DNA from: an uncultured Actinomycetota bacterium
Lineage (GTDB): Bacteria > Actinomycetota > Acidimicrobiia > Acidimicrobiales > Bog-793
DNA: 64,000 nucleotides
Direction: 5' to 3'
NCBI GenBank assembly: GCA_963764805.1
Contig: CAVXUB010000006.1
Span: 288,598-352,597, forward strand
Below, one piece after another: positions 24,329-34,659 of the stretch (its first letter is position 1; the number at the start of each line of letters is the position of its first letter). The notes under the pieces were generated by a model, which was not told the DNA's origin, ran no database searches, and worked only from the letters and a program-made list of their open reading frames with translations. Made by a program: the position numbers and the translations under genes.

Positions 24329-25985
24329 GTGCCCTGCGGTGGAGGCGGGACGGCGACGCTGCGTGCCGAGCGCTCGGAGAGCCGCGAGGCGCGCTCTCCG
24401 GCGCCGCCATCCCGCGCCGGGGCGTCTCGGCTCCTGACGGCGGCAGTCGGGCTCGGCTGTCTCGTGGCGCTCTTTGCCATCTACATGGCGGGGTCACTGC
24501 ACTCCTACGGCAGTACCTCCGACAAGGCCACGGTGATCCTGCAGGGGCAGGCGATGCTGCATGGCAACCTGCTGCTCCACGGGTGGCTGTTGCCGCTCGA
24601 CAGCTACTGGACGTCAGACAGCGTGCTGTCGGCGGTGACAGTCGGCCTGTTCGGCCTCGGGCCGCTCCTCGTCCATCTGGAGCCGAGCCTGATGTCGGCC
24701 GCCTTCGGCTGCGTCGGGCTCTTCGTGGCAGTCTCGGGCCCGGGCCGACAGAGCCGTGGTGCCTTGGCGGCGGCGACCGGCACGCTGCTCGTGCTGCTCG
24801 CCTTTCCCGCTCCGATGCTGGAGTTCTTCCTCGTCAGCAACGCCATACACCTCGGGACGGCGATCTACGCGCTGCTCGCCTTCCTCGCCTTGCGGAGGGC
24901 CGCGTTCTCCCGATGGTGGGTGGTGGCCGTCATCTGCCTGGCGCTCGGGATGCTGGGGGACCTCGACATCATTCCCTACGGGATCTTCCCGATCGTGGTC
25001 GCTGGGCTCGTCGCCGCGCTTCGCTTGCGGCGCTGGCAGGCGGCCCTGCCGCACCTCGGCGCGGCGGTAGCCGGCGTCGCTCTGGCAGGAGCCGTGAGGC
25101 TCTTGGCGCTGGAGTTCGGGACGTTCGCTCTTACCCCTGGCAACAAGCTCGTGCCCGCCGCGGGCATCCCCCTCAGCATGGAGAAGCTGGCGGCGGTGGC
25201 AGGCGACATGTTCGTCGGCTCGCGCATCTACGGCGGTCTGACGATCCCCACCTCCCTCCAGCTGGTTCACGTCATCGGGGCAGCGGCGGTGGCCGTCGCG
25301 CTCGCCTGTGCCATATGCGCGACCGTCGTCGGAGCCGCCCGCGGCCGCGCTGGTCCGTTGGCAGGCTGCGAACGTGGAGCTGCCGCCCTGGGCTCTCGAC
25401 GACTTGTTGCTGTTCGGCGTCGTCGGCGGCGCGGGCGCCTTCGTGCTGCAGGCGGTGGCAGGGATCGAGCAGGCCCGTTACCTGCTCGTGAGCACCCTGT
25501 TCGCCTGCATCCTCTGCGCGCGGCTGGCGGCGCGGGCGTGGCCGGCCCTCTCGAGCCGGGTCCGCTTCTCGTTCGCGGTCGTGGCCGGCGCGGTCCTGCT
25601 CAGCTGCGGCGCCGGGTTCGGCCTGCAGCTGTCACGGCCGATCGTCAAGGGCACGACCGCCCCGCTCGTCTCGTTCCTGCAGGACCACCACCTCACCTAT
25701 GGCATCGGCGACTACTGGGACGCCGCCATGACCACGGTGCAGAGCAGCGGCCGGGTCGAGGTGGCGCCCGTCGATGAACGTCGCGGCAAGCTCGTACGGA
25801 TGTGGAACTCGCCGTCGGACTGGTACGACAGGAGCTTCCAGTTCCTCGTGTTTCACCCCCCGATCTGGGCGCACGTCGACTACGCCAGCGCCGTCGCGGC
25901 CTTCGGGAGACCTGCCCACGACTACCGCTTCGACGGCTGGTCCGTCCTCGTATGGTCACGACCGATCCACGTACCGCTCAGCTGA
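24329..25985 (+). CDS. Multi-pass membrane protein, predicted GT-C-like (indel near 25350)
   Basis: SDKATVILQGQAMLHGNLLLHGW loop after TM1, many TM segments and an extracytoplasmic C-domain YGIGDYWDA in ORF 25308..25985. Confidence 0.55.
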
Positions 25986-27910
25986 GCGTCCCCGCCGGAG
26001 GTCGGGACCGGCGCCGCATCTGGGCAGTCCTCGCCATCGCCGTCTATATCGCCCTCTCCGTCGCCGTCTACTTGCCGGTCGCGCCCTGGAGCAGCGGGAC
26101 ACTCCCGTACTGCAACTGCGGCGACACCGCCATGACGGCTTCGTTCCTCGCCTGGACGCCCTTTGCCATCCTGCACGGGCACAATCCGTTCTTCACGAAC
26201 TACCAGTACTTCCCGGCGGGGGCGAACCTCGCCAGCAACACGACGATGCCGGTGCTCGGCCTGCTGTTGACGCCGATCACGCTGACGGCGGGGCCGATCG
26301 CCAGCCTGAACGTGGCACTGCGGCTGGCGTTCGCCAGCTCGGCGGTGTCTGCCTTCTTCGTCGCCCGTCGCTACGTGCGCCGCCTGCCACTCGCATTCGT
26401 CGCCGGGCTGCTGTACGGCTTCTCGCCCTACATGGTGTCCGAGGGAGAGGTACACCTGAACCTGATCTTCGTCCCGCTGCTGCCGGTGCTGCTGCTCCTC
26501 GCCGACGAGCTCCTGGTGCGCCAGTCGTGGCAGCCGCGGCGGGTCGGGATCCTCCTCGGACTGGTGGCGGCGGGCCAGTACTACCTCTCGTCCGAGGTGT
26601 TGGCGGACGCCGTCATCGTCGGCCTGATCGGGACGGTCTTGCTGGCGATCCGTCACCGGCGGCGGGTGCGCGAGAGGGTCCGCTACGTGTGGCGTGCGAT
26701 CCTCGTCGCCATCGGCGTGTTCGTGCCGCTCGTCGCCTACCCGGTCTACATGGTGCTGGCCGGCCCGGAGCACCTGAGCGGCCCGGTGCGCAAGCCCGAT
26801 CTGTTGTCGACGCTGCATTCGGACCTGCTGAGCCTGGTCGTGCCGACGACGCGCGACCTCTTGTCGTTCGGGCCGCTCGGTGTCGTAGGCTCCGGCTACG
26901 TCAACGGCAACGCGGCCGAGAACGGCGCCTATCTAGGGATCCCGCTGCTCGTCGTGCTCGGGTGGCTCTGCTGGAGTGGGCGCAGCCGCCCCGGATCCGG
27001 CTACGTGCGGTGGCTGCTGGCTCTGGCGGGCGTCGCCTACCTGCTGTCGCTGGGGGCGTATCTGGATGTCGGCGGCCACTTCACCCACGTCCCGCTGCCG
27101 GCTTGGATCTTCCCCAGGCTTCCGCTGTTGAACGGGGTGGTGGCGGTGCGCTTCGCCGTGTACGCCTTCCTCTTCGTGGCGATGGCGCTGGCGATCGGGC
27201 TCGACCGCTACATGGATAGCTCGGCGTCGGCCACGGCGCCCGGCAAGCCGCCGCGGGCGCCGAGGGCGTGGGGGGCGAGGGCGCCGGCGGCGTGGCGGGC
27301 GGCGGCGTGGCGGGCGGCGCTGCTGGCGGCTGTCGCCCTGATCCCGCTTCTGCCGAGCCTTCCCTACGGGGGTCAACCCGACGGGTACCTCGCCTACGAC
27401 TCCTACCAGGTGCCACCCTTCTTCGGCGGGGGCGGCGGAGCAGGAGCCATCCCATCCGGCACGCCGGTGCTCGTCTACCCGTTCGGCGACCCAGCCAACA
27501 CCGCAGGGCTCATCAACTACGCGGTGCTGTGGCAGGCGGTCGCTGGGTTCCGTTTCGAGATCCTCGACGGTGACGCGAGCCGGCCGGGTCCGGGCGGCTA
27601 CGGCACGGAGGCGGGACCGGCCCTGCAACCGTTCCAATTGCAGGAGTTGATGTACCTTTCTTACTTCGGCCCGGTGGGCCGATACCAGTATCCGGGGTTG
27701 GCAGACCTCGACCCTCCCGGGCCCCAGGTCCTGGCACAGGTGCGGGCGGCGCTGGCGAGGGCGGGAGTGAGCACGGTGGTGGCGGATCCGGTCGGGATCG
27801 ACCCGGCGCTCTTCGAGAGCGTCATGACAGCGGCACTCGGCCGGCCGCCCGTATTGGCCGGCGGCGTCTATGCGTGGTTCGACGTGCGACGGGATCTTGC
27901 CGGCCGCTGA
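25952..27910 (+). CDS. Predicted GT-C membrane glycosyltransferase, paralog B
   Basis: CNCGD..FLAW, PAGANLASNTTMP, GLLYGFSPY, ENGAYLG and LWQAVAGFRF; in-frame ATG at 25952. Confidence 0.72.
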   Translation: MVTTDPRTAQLSVPAGGRDRRRIWAVLAIAVYIALSVAVYLPVAPWSSGTLPYCNCGDTAMTASFLAWTPFAILHGHNPFFTNYQYFPAGANLASNTTMPVLGLLLTPITLTAGPIASLNVALRLAFASSAVSAFFVARRYVRRLPLAFVAGLLYGFSPYMVSEGEVHLNLIFVPLLPVLLLLADELLVRQSWQPRRVGILLGLVAAGQYYLSSEVLADAVIVGLIGTVLLAIRHRRRVRERVRYVWRAILVAIGVFVPLVAYPVYMVLAGPEHLSGPVRKPDLLSTLHSDLLSLVVPTTRDLLSFGPLGVVGSGYVNGNAAENGAYLGIPLLVVLGWLCWSGRSRPGSGYVRWLLALAGVAYLLSLGAYLDVGGHFTHVPLPAWIFPRLPLLNGVVAVRFAVYAFLFVAMALAIGLDRYMDSSASATAPGKPPRAPRAWGARAPAAWRAAAWRAALLAAVALIPLLPSLPYGGQPDGYLAYDSYQVPPFFGGGGGAGAIPSGTPVLVYPFGDPANTAGLINYAVLWQAVAGFRFEILDGDASRPGPGGYGTEAGPALQPFQLQELMYLSYFGPVGRYQYPGLADLDPPGPQVLAQVRAALARAGVSTVVADPVGIDPALFESVMTAALGRPPVLAGGVYAWFDVRRDLAGR

Positions 27911-27929
27911 GCGGCGCTACCGTGCGGGC

Positions 27930-29210
27930 ATGACCGCCGTCGCCGGATCCCAGATCCCGTTCCACCTCGGCTCTCTGCAGGAGGTCGATCCCGAGATCCA
28001 CGATCTCGTCGGGCGCGAGCTCGATCGGCAGCGGGCCACCCTCGACATGGTCGCCTCGCAGAACCTCGCCCCCCGCTCGGTGCTGGAGGCGCAAGGCTCG
28101 ATCCTCACCAACAAGTACGCCGACGGCTATCCGGGGCATCGTGATTACGACGGCTGCGAGTGGGTCGACGAGGTGGAGCGCCTGGCCATCGCCAGGGCCT
28201 GCTCACTCTTCGGCGCCGAGCATGCGAACGTGCAGCCGTACTCGGGCTCGTCGGCGAACGCAGCCGTGCTGCATGCGCTCTGCGCGCCCGGCGACCCGGT
28301 GCTGGGGTTCGACTTCAACCACGGTGGCCACCCCACCCACTACGCCGGCGAGACCTTCGCCGGCCGCTTCTATTCGGCAGTCGCCTACCACGTGTCCCGC
28401 CAGAGCGGCCTGGTCGACATGGACGAGGTGGCCGCCCTCGCCGACGAGCACCGGCCGAAGGTGATATTCGCCGGATGGTCGTGCTACCCGAGATGGATGG
28501 ACTTCCAGCGCTTCCGGGAGATCGCAGACTCGGTGGGGGCGAAACTGGTGGTCGACATGGCGCACTTCGCCGGCCTCGTGGCGGGTGGCGTGCACCCCAA
28601 CCCCGTCACGCTCGCCGACGCCTGCACGATGACGACCCACAAGACGCTTGGCGGTGCGAGAGGCGGTGCCATCCTCTGCCGGGCCTCCCTCGCCGATGCT
28701 GTCGATGCCGGCGTCTATCCCGGCGAGCAGGGGTGCCCCCTGATGCACACCGTCGCCGGCAAGGCGGTGGCGTTTCGGATCGCGGGGACTCCGGAGTACC
28801 GGGAAAGGATGGAGCGGACGGTTGCGGGCGCCCGGACCATCGCCGCGGCGCTGGTGGATGCGGAGGAGGCGACGGGGGCGCGGGTGCTGACGGGAGGTAC
28901 CGACGTGCACCAGGTGATCGTGAGCCTGGCAGGCGCCGCGCTCGAAGGGCAGGGAGTGTGGGACCGCCTGCACCGGGTCGGCATCACCGCCAACACGATC
29001 CGCGTCCCCTACGACCCGAGGGACGAGCCCTCATGCTCGGGCATCAGGCTGGGGACGGCGGCCTTGGCCACGAGGGGCTTCGGGGAGGCGGACTTCGGGG
29101 AGCTGGCACGAGTGCTGGTGGGGGTGCTGGGGGAGGGTTTCGAGTCGGAGGCGGAGGAGCTTCGGGCTGCGACCGTGGGACTAGCCGGACGTTACGGGAT
29201 CTACGGCTAG
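27930..29210 (+). CDS. glyA: Serine hydroxymethyltransferase-like PLP enzyme with a divergent active site
   Basis: The SHMT fold is clear (TNKYADGYPG, DMAH, THKTL, SGIRLGT), but several canonical motifs are altered (see findings). Confidence 0.75.
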   Translation: MTAVAGSQIPFHLGSLQEVDPEIHDLVGRELDRQRATLDMVASQNLAPRSVLEAQGSILTNKYADGYPGHRDYDGCEWVDEVERLAIARACSLFGAEHANVQPYSGSSANAAVLHALCAPGDPVLGFDFNHGGHPTHYAGETFAGRFYSAVAYHVSRQSGLVDMDEVAALADEHRPKVIFAGWSCYPRWMDFQRFREIADSVGAKLVVDMAHFAGLVAGGVHPNPVTLADACTMTTHKTLGGARGGAILCRASLADAVDAGVYPGEQGCPLMHTVAGKAVAFRIAGTPEYRERMERTVAGARTIAAALVDAEEATGARVLTGGTDVHQVIVSLAGAALEGQGVWDRLHRVGITANTIRVPYDPRDEPSCSGIRLGTAALATRGFGEADFGELARVLVGVLGEGFESEAEELRAATVGLAGRYGIYG

Positions 29211-31061
29211 CTCCGACCGGACGTTGTAGAAGACCCGGTCGGAGCCCACCTGCGCCGGCTGGGAGCCGAGCGCCCGTTCGAAGAGCGTCACCGCGGAGCC
29301 GGCGTGTGACCAGTCGGTGTCGACGACGATCGTTGTCACGCCTCCTGAGCGCAGGTCCTGGCGCGCTGCGGCGACCGCCGCAGGCGTGACGGTGAGCGGA
29401 GCGTGGTGGGGGGTCAGCAGATAGGTGATGAGCAGCGCGTCGAGCTCGGTCTCGCCGGAGCGGTAGGTGGCCCGCCCGTTCGGCCCGGGGCCGGAGAAGT
29501 AGCCGCCGACCAAGGAGAACCTGAAGTTGTCCTCTGCCTGCCACAGCTCCGCATCGGCGGTCGGGCCCATCGCAAGGGGATACGTCAGCACGACTGCACC
29601 CGCTGGGATCGCCTTGCCGCCGTCGGCGAACGCCGGTGGCAGGGGGTATCTCACCATCTTGTACGGCCAGTTGGGGAGGAGCGGGACGAGGGCGATCGAG
29701 CGCCACCGCGGCGGTGGCTGCCACTGCCAGCACGGGCCGCAAACGCAGCCGCCGGCCGAGCCTGTCGAGGATCACGGCAAGCAGCACCCCGGCGAACAGG
29801 TCGAGCCACAGTCCGAAACGTGGCGGGTTGAAGTCCAGGCCGAACAGCAACCTGTCGAGCAGGGCGAAGGGAAGGGGTGTCCCGTTGTAGGTGGTTCCCA
29901 GGTACTGCAGGCGGTTGCCGAGCGTGAGCACGTAGGAGACGACGAGCATCGCAGCGGCCACTTGCACGATCCGAAGCCGGCGCTGCCAGATGGCGCCGGC
30001 GAGGAGGACGGCCAGCAGGCCGAAGCCGAGATAGGCGCCGTTCTCCACGTCGCTCTGCAGGAACGAGTCGGCGACGTGCTTCCAGTGCTCGGGGCCGATC
30101 AGCTGGTTGGAGGTCGGGATGTAGGCGCTCGAAGGTCGGAACGGAAGAGCCTGAGGAAGGTGGCCGCCGGCCCGCGGACGTGCTGCGGACCGTCGAACAG
30201 CATCCACGTCGGGTATGCCACAAGTGGGAGGGCCGTGGCCAGCGCTGCAGCGCCCGCCTTGGCGAGCCGGATGAGGCGTGGCGGCCAGAGCCTGGCATTC
30301 GGGCGCATCTCGAGGGCTAGCCAGATGAACCCGCCGATGGCGACGACGATCGCCGTCTGTGCCAGTACTTCCGGGGAGATCAGCAGCTGGACGGCCACGA
30401 GCAGCCCGACGACGACGCCGCTGCGGACGGGACGTGCGTCCTCGTCGGCCACCACGTGATAGGCGAGCCACAGCAGGAGGGGCGGTACGGGGACGATCAC
30501 GAAGTTGATATGGCCGAGGCCCTGCGCGACGACGTACGGCCCGAAGCCGTAGAGGAGCGCCCCCGGCACCGCCGCCCACCACCTGACAAAACGCCTCAAC
30601 AGCACGTATGCCGCCAACCCGTTCCCTGCGATGCCGAGCGTCATCGCCACGTTCCACGACGCGATCGGGCCGAACAGCAACGTGACGGGCGCCAGCAGGT
30701 AGCCGACGGCGTGGGTGACCGGGTTGAGCATCAGGTTGACGCCGGTCGGGGCGTTGAGGAAGTGGGAGTAGAAGGGGTTGGCGCCGTGGACGAGCGCCCA
30801 GGCGTCCCACTGCATCCACCACGGCCCGAACATGTTGTCCTTGCCGGATCCGATGGCGAGCTCCCTCGACGGACCGTGCAGCCACGCCGGCAGGTAGGCG
30901 ACGAGCGAGAGGACGAGGAAGCCGGCGGCGGCGAGGAGGAGCTCGCGTGTGGCAGGTGCGCGGCGTAGGGGCCGAGCTGCCGGCGTGGCCTCCGGCTCCG
31001 GCGCCGGCGCCGGCTCCGGCTCTCGCTGATGCTCGGGCGCCTCCTGATCGGTGACCTGCAA
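29181..31061 (-). CDS. Predicted GT-C membrane glycosyltransferase, paralog C (indels near 30130 and 29700; start uncertain)
   Basis: KDNMFGPWWMQW, NAPTGVNLMLN, ALLYGFGPY, ENGAYLG and LWQAEDNFRF, spread over ORFs 30099..31328, 29044..30885 and 29181..29657. Confidence 0.68.
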
Positions 31062-31159
31062 GGGACTTGTCTGCCTCGCCGTAATCGATGCCGTCCTGAG
31101 CGTGGAAAGGCTACCCGAGAGAACGGGGCATCTTGCCAGGCGGGGTAGCGTGTCGGCCG

Positions 31160-31859
31160 ATGCGGATCGGAGTCCTCGCCTCTGGCAGCGGAACCATCCT
31201 CGAGTCGCTGCTGGCAGCTGGCCTTCCCGTGGTCGCCGTGGTCGTCGACCGGCCCTGCCGTGCCGAGGAGGTGGCGGCCGGGGCGGGCGTCCCGGTGGAG
31301 CTGGTGAAACGCGACTCGTTCGGAGCATCGTTCGACCGGGAGGCCTACACCGACGAGGTGGTCGCCGTGCTGGCCGCTCACCGTGTGGATCTAGTGGCGA
31401 TGGCGGGATACGGGACGATCCTCGGAGCCTCGATCCACGAGGCCTACAGGGGCCGGATCCTCAACACCCATCCCGCCCTGCTGCCGGCGTTCAGGGGGTG
31501 GCACGCGGTGCGGGCGGCGCTGGACGCCGGGGTGAAGGTCACAGGATGCACGGTCCACGTCGCCACCCTGGAGGTCGACGACGGGCCGATACTGGCGCAG
31601 GAGGCGGTGGCCGTGCTGCCTGGCGACGACGAGGCGTCCCTGCACGAGCGGATCAAGGAGGTGGAGCGGCGGCTCTATCCGGAGACGATCCGGCGCATCG
31701 TGGCCGGCGAGCTCGTGCTGCCGGCCGTTTCGATGCCTATATCCGGTGGCCGTGCCGGTGCCGGACCCGTTCCCGTCGCCGTTCCCGTTCCGGTCGCCGG
31801 TGCCGGTGCCGGTCGCCGGCGCCGGCGCCGGCGGCCACGCACAGGAGGAGGACCAGTGA
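31160..31859 (+). CDS. purN: Phosphoribosylglycinamide formyltransferase (low-complexity tail with a probable indel near 31810)
   Basis: MRIGVLASGSGT, LNTHPALLP, GCTVH and DDGPI. The natural stop is likely TGA 31857-31859, overlapping the purH GTG. Confidence 0.92.
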
Positions 31860-33406
31860 GAGCACTGCTCTCGGTATACGACAAGACGGGCCTCGTGGCC
31901 TTCGCCGGCGGCCTCGCAGATCTCGGCGTCGAGCTGGTAGCGAGCGGCAACACCGCCCGCGCCCTCGGCGAGGCGGGAATCGCCCACCTCGAGGTGGCGG
32001 AGGTCACCGGCGCGCCGGAGATGCTGGACGGCAGGGTGAAGACCCTCCATCCCGCCGTCCATGGCGGGATCCTCGCCGACCGCTCGAAACCCTCCCACAT
32101 GTCGGACCTGGAGGCCCGCGGCATCACACCCGTCGACCTCGTCGCCTGCAACCTCTACCCGTTCTCCGCCAACCCGTCGATCGAGATGATCGACGTCGGG
32201 GGCCCGACGATGGTGCGCGCCGCGGCGAAGAACCACGACTCGGTGACCGTGATCGTCTCCCCCGACGAGTACGGCGCTGTGCTCGACGAGCTGAGGCGAG
32301 AGGGCGAGGTCACCCTCGAGACGAGGCGTCGCCTCGCCCGGGCGGCCTTCGCCCACACCGCCGCCTACGACGCCGCAATCGTCGGCTGGTTCGACTCGAC
32401 GGTCCTCCCGCAGGAGACGTCGGAAGGCGCCCGCGAGTGGCCCCCGACGATCCACATCGCCCTGGAGCGGGCGGGGACGCTCCGCTACGGCGAGAACCCG
32501 CACCAGGCGGGCGCCCGTTACCGGACCATCGGCGCCGCCCCCGGCTGGCCGGACGGGCTGGTGCAGCACGGCGGGCTGGCGCTCTCGTACCTCAATCTCT
32601 TCGATGCGGATGCCGCCTGGCGGCTGGCGCACGAACTGGTGGGCTTGGGGGGTGGGAGGGCCGGCCTCGCCGCTGCCGTCATCGTCAAGCACGCCAACCC
32701 CTGCGGCGCGGCGGTGGCCGATGACATCGGGACCGCCTACGCAAAGGCTTTCGAGGCGGACCCGATGTCAGCGTTCGGAGGGATCGTCGCCTTGACCGAG
32801 GCCGTGTCGGGAGAGCTGGCGGCCCAGTTGGTGGCGAACCCGCTGGCCGACGTGTTGATCGCCCCCGCCTTCTCCGACGAGGCCCTCTCCACCTTCTCCT
32901 CGAAACGCAAGAACATGCGCGCCCTCACCGCCCCACCCCCCGGCCCCCCCGGGCTCGGCCTGCGCCAGATCGACGGTGGGTTCCTGGTGCAAGAGGCGGA
33001 TCTCGTCGCTGCCGACCGATCCTCCTGGCGGGTCGCAGGCAAGGTCTCGCCCACCGAGGAGCAGTGGCGGGATGCGGAGCTCGCATGGCGGGTGTGCGCA
33101 CGCACGACCTCGAACGCCATCGTCCTCGGTCGTGCCGGGCAGATCCTCGGCGTCGGGTGCGGCCAGCAGAGCCGAGTGGAGGCGGCGGTGGTCGCCGCCC
33201 GGAAGGCGGATGGACGCGCTGCCGGCGGGGCTGCCGCCAGTGATGCCTTCTTCCCGTTTCGCGACGGGGTGGACGCCCTGGCGGCGGCCGGGGTGGCGAC
33301 GATCATCCAGCCGGGCGGATCGCTTCGTGACGACGAGAGCATCGCCGCCGCCGACGAGCACGGCATAGCGATGGTGATGACGGGCGAGCGGCACTTCAGG
33401 CACTGA
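31856..33406 (+). CDS. purH: Bifunctional AICAR transformylase / IMP cyclohydrolase
   Basis: RALLSVYDKTG, GRVKTLHP, IDVGGPTM, RYGENPHQ, KHANPCG, SDAFFPF and GERHFRH; own AGGAGG RBS. Confidence 0.97.
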   Translation: MRALLSVYDKTGLVAFAGGLADLGVELVASGNTARALGEAGIAHLEVAEVTGAPEMLDGRVKTLHPAVHGGILADRSKPSHMSDLEARGITPVDLVACNLYPFSANPSIEMIDVGGPTMVRAAAKNHDSVTVIVSPDEYGAVLDELRREGEVTLETRRRLARAAFAHTAAYDAAIVGWFDSTVLPQETSEGAREWPPTIHIALERAGTLRYGENPHQAGARYRTIGAAPGWPDGLVQHGGLALSYLNLFDADAAWRLAHELVGLGGGRAGLAAAVIVKHANPCGAAVADDIGTAYAKAFEADPMSAFGGIVALTEAVSGELAAQLVANPLADVLIAPAFSDEALSTFSSKRKNMRALTAPPPGPPGLGLRQIDGGFLVQEADLVAADRSSWRVAGKVSPTEEQWRDAELAWRVCARTTSNAIVLGRAGQILGVGCGQQSRVEAAVVAARKADGRAAGGAAASDAFFPFRDGVDALAAAGVATIIQPGGSLRDDESIAAADEHGIAMVMTGERHFRH

Positions 33407-33447
33407 CCGAGCATTGACCCAGCAGTGACCCAGCAGTGACCCAGCCG
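33404..33447 (+). repeat. Four tandem 11-bp repeats starting at the purH stop codon
   Basis: TGACCGAGCAT TGACCCAGCAG TGACCCAGCAG TGACCCAGCCG. Confidence 0.9.
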
Positions 33448-33466
33448 CACTCACACAGGAGGAACC

Positions 33467-34336
33467 TTGGCTGCCAGCATCCTCGACGGTGAGGCGCTCG
33501 CTTCGCGCATGAAGGCGGAGCTGAAAGATCGGATCTCGGTGCTGGCGGCGGCGGGAGTCGTGCCCGGTCTCGGCACGATCCTCGTCGGCGACGACGCCCC
33601 GAGCGCCCGTTACGTGCAGATGAAGCACGAGGACTGCGAGGCGCTCGGGATGGCTTCCTTCGGGGAGCACCTGCCGGCGAGCACCGACTGGCCAACCCTG
33701 CTCGCCGCCATCCGCGCCTACAACGAGAACCCGCTCGTCCACGCCTTCCTGGTGCAGCTGCCGTTGCCGCCACAGCTCGACGAGGAGGCGGCGCTGCTGG
33801 CAGTCGACCCGATCAAGGACGTGGACGGCCTCCACCCCGTCAACCTCGGCAAGCTCGTGATGGGCAAGCCCGGGCCGTTGCCCTGCACGCCGGCCGGGAT
33901 CGTGGAGCTGCTCGCCGCCTACGACGTGCCGGTCGAGGGCCGCTCAGTGACGATCGTCGGGCGGGGGCTGACCATCGGCCGGCCTCTTGCATTGCTGATG
34001 GCGCTCAAGCGCCCGCACTGCAATGCGGCGGTGACCGTCGTCCACACTGGCGTGGCGGCTTCCGAGCTGGCCTCGCACGTGGCCCGGGCGGACGTGGTCG
34101 TGGCGGCCGCGGGATCGCCGGGGATCGTCAAGCGCTCGATGGTGAAGCCGGGGGCGGCGGTTGTCGGCGCCGGCGTGACCTTCGAGGGGCGGCGTGTGCT
34201 CTCGGACGTGGAGGAGTCGGTGGCCGAGGTGGCGGGCTGGATCACGCCGCGCCTCGGCGGGGTCGGGCCGATGACCAGGACGATGCTGCTCTCGAACACC
34301 GTCCGGGCGGCGGAGCGGGCGCTGGGCGAGCGCTGA
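33467..34336 (+). CDS. folD: Methylenetetrahydrofolate dehydrogenase/cyclohydrolase
   Basis: VQLPLP, KDVDGLHPVN, PCTPAG and TPRLGGVGPMT; AGGAGG RBS with a TTG start. Confidence 0.95.
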   Translation: MAASILDGEALASRMKAELKDRISVLAAAGVVPGLGTILVGDDAPSARYVQMKHEDCEALGMASFGEHLPASTDWPTLLAAIRAYNENPLVHAFLVQLPLPPQLDEEAALLAVDPIKDVDGLHPVNLGKLVMGKPGPLPCTPAGIVELLAAYDVPVEGRSVTIVGRGLTIGRPLALLMALKRPHCNAAVTVVHTGVAASELASHVARADVVVAAAGSPGIVKRSMVKPGAAVVGAGVTFEGRRVLSDVEESVAEVAGWITPRLGGVGPMTRTMLLSNTVRAAERALGER

Positions 34337-34430
34337 CGGCGGGGACTGGGCCGAAACGGGGCGTTGTTTCGCGCCTTGAGCGGCCGAGTGGGGGCGACCA
34401 GCGGGGCGCGGGCGGGCCGGGCGAGGCGGG

Positions 34431-34636
34431 GGCAGCTGGGTACTTTCTTAGGACATCTGTGTCGGTAAACGGTACCCAGCCGGCGGGCGCCGCAGCGATG
34501 TCACATCCGTCGGCGTGGGGGGAAGGCGGCGGCGGGCGGGGCAGCTGGGTACTTTCTTAGGACATCTGTGTCGGTAAAAGGTACCCAGCGGGCGGGCGCC
34601 GGCCGGCGCCGCAGCGGGCGCCGCAGCGATGTCACA
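34431..34636. repeat. Direct duplication (period 109 bp) of a 46-bp imperfect palindrome with its downstream GCCGCAGCGATGTCACA tail
   Basis: GCTGGGTACTTTCTTAGGACATCTGTGTCGGTAAA(C/A)GGTACCCAGC at 34435-34480 and 34544-34589, differing at one base. Confidence 0.92.
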
Positions 34637-34651
34637 CCCGCCCGCGAGACT
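34630..34651 (+). promoter_or_regulatory. Possible RecA-NDp-like (PafBC-type) DNA-damage promoter
   Basis: TGTCAC-N10-GAGACT, 8 nt before the GTG start. It resembles the mycobacterial TGTCGG-N10-TA motif but is not a perfect match. Confidence 0.35.
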
Positions 34652-34659
34652 CTCGGGCC

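Noticed and set aside
31061-31160. ZTP, THF or SAM riboswitch upstream of purN, glyA, folD or metF
   Set aside because: I could not recognise the consensus elements, and the leaders are short or leaderless. An Infernal/Rfam scan would be needed to exclude them firmly.
31133-33406. Apparent PurN-PurH fusion ORF (757 aa)
   Set aside because: purH has its own AGGAGG RBS and a GTG overlapping a TGA (31856-31859). The poly-Arg linker is what a single indel in the GCCGGC repeats would produce.
34435-34589. Possible CRISPR array
   Set aside because: Only two 46-bp units, the intervening sequence is itself partly duplicated, and there are no cas genes; treated as a REP-like duplication.
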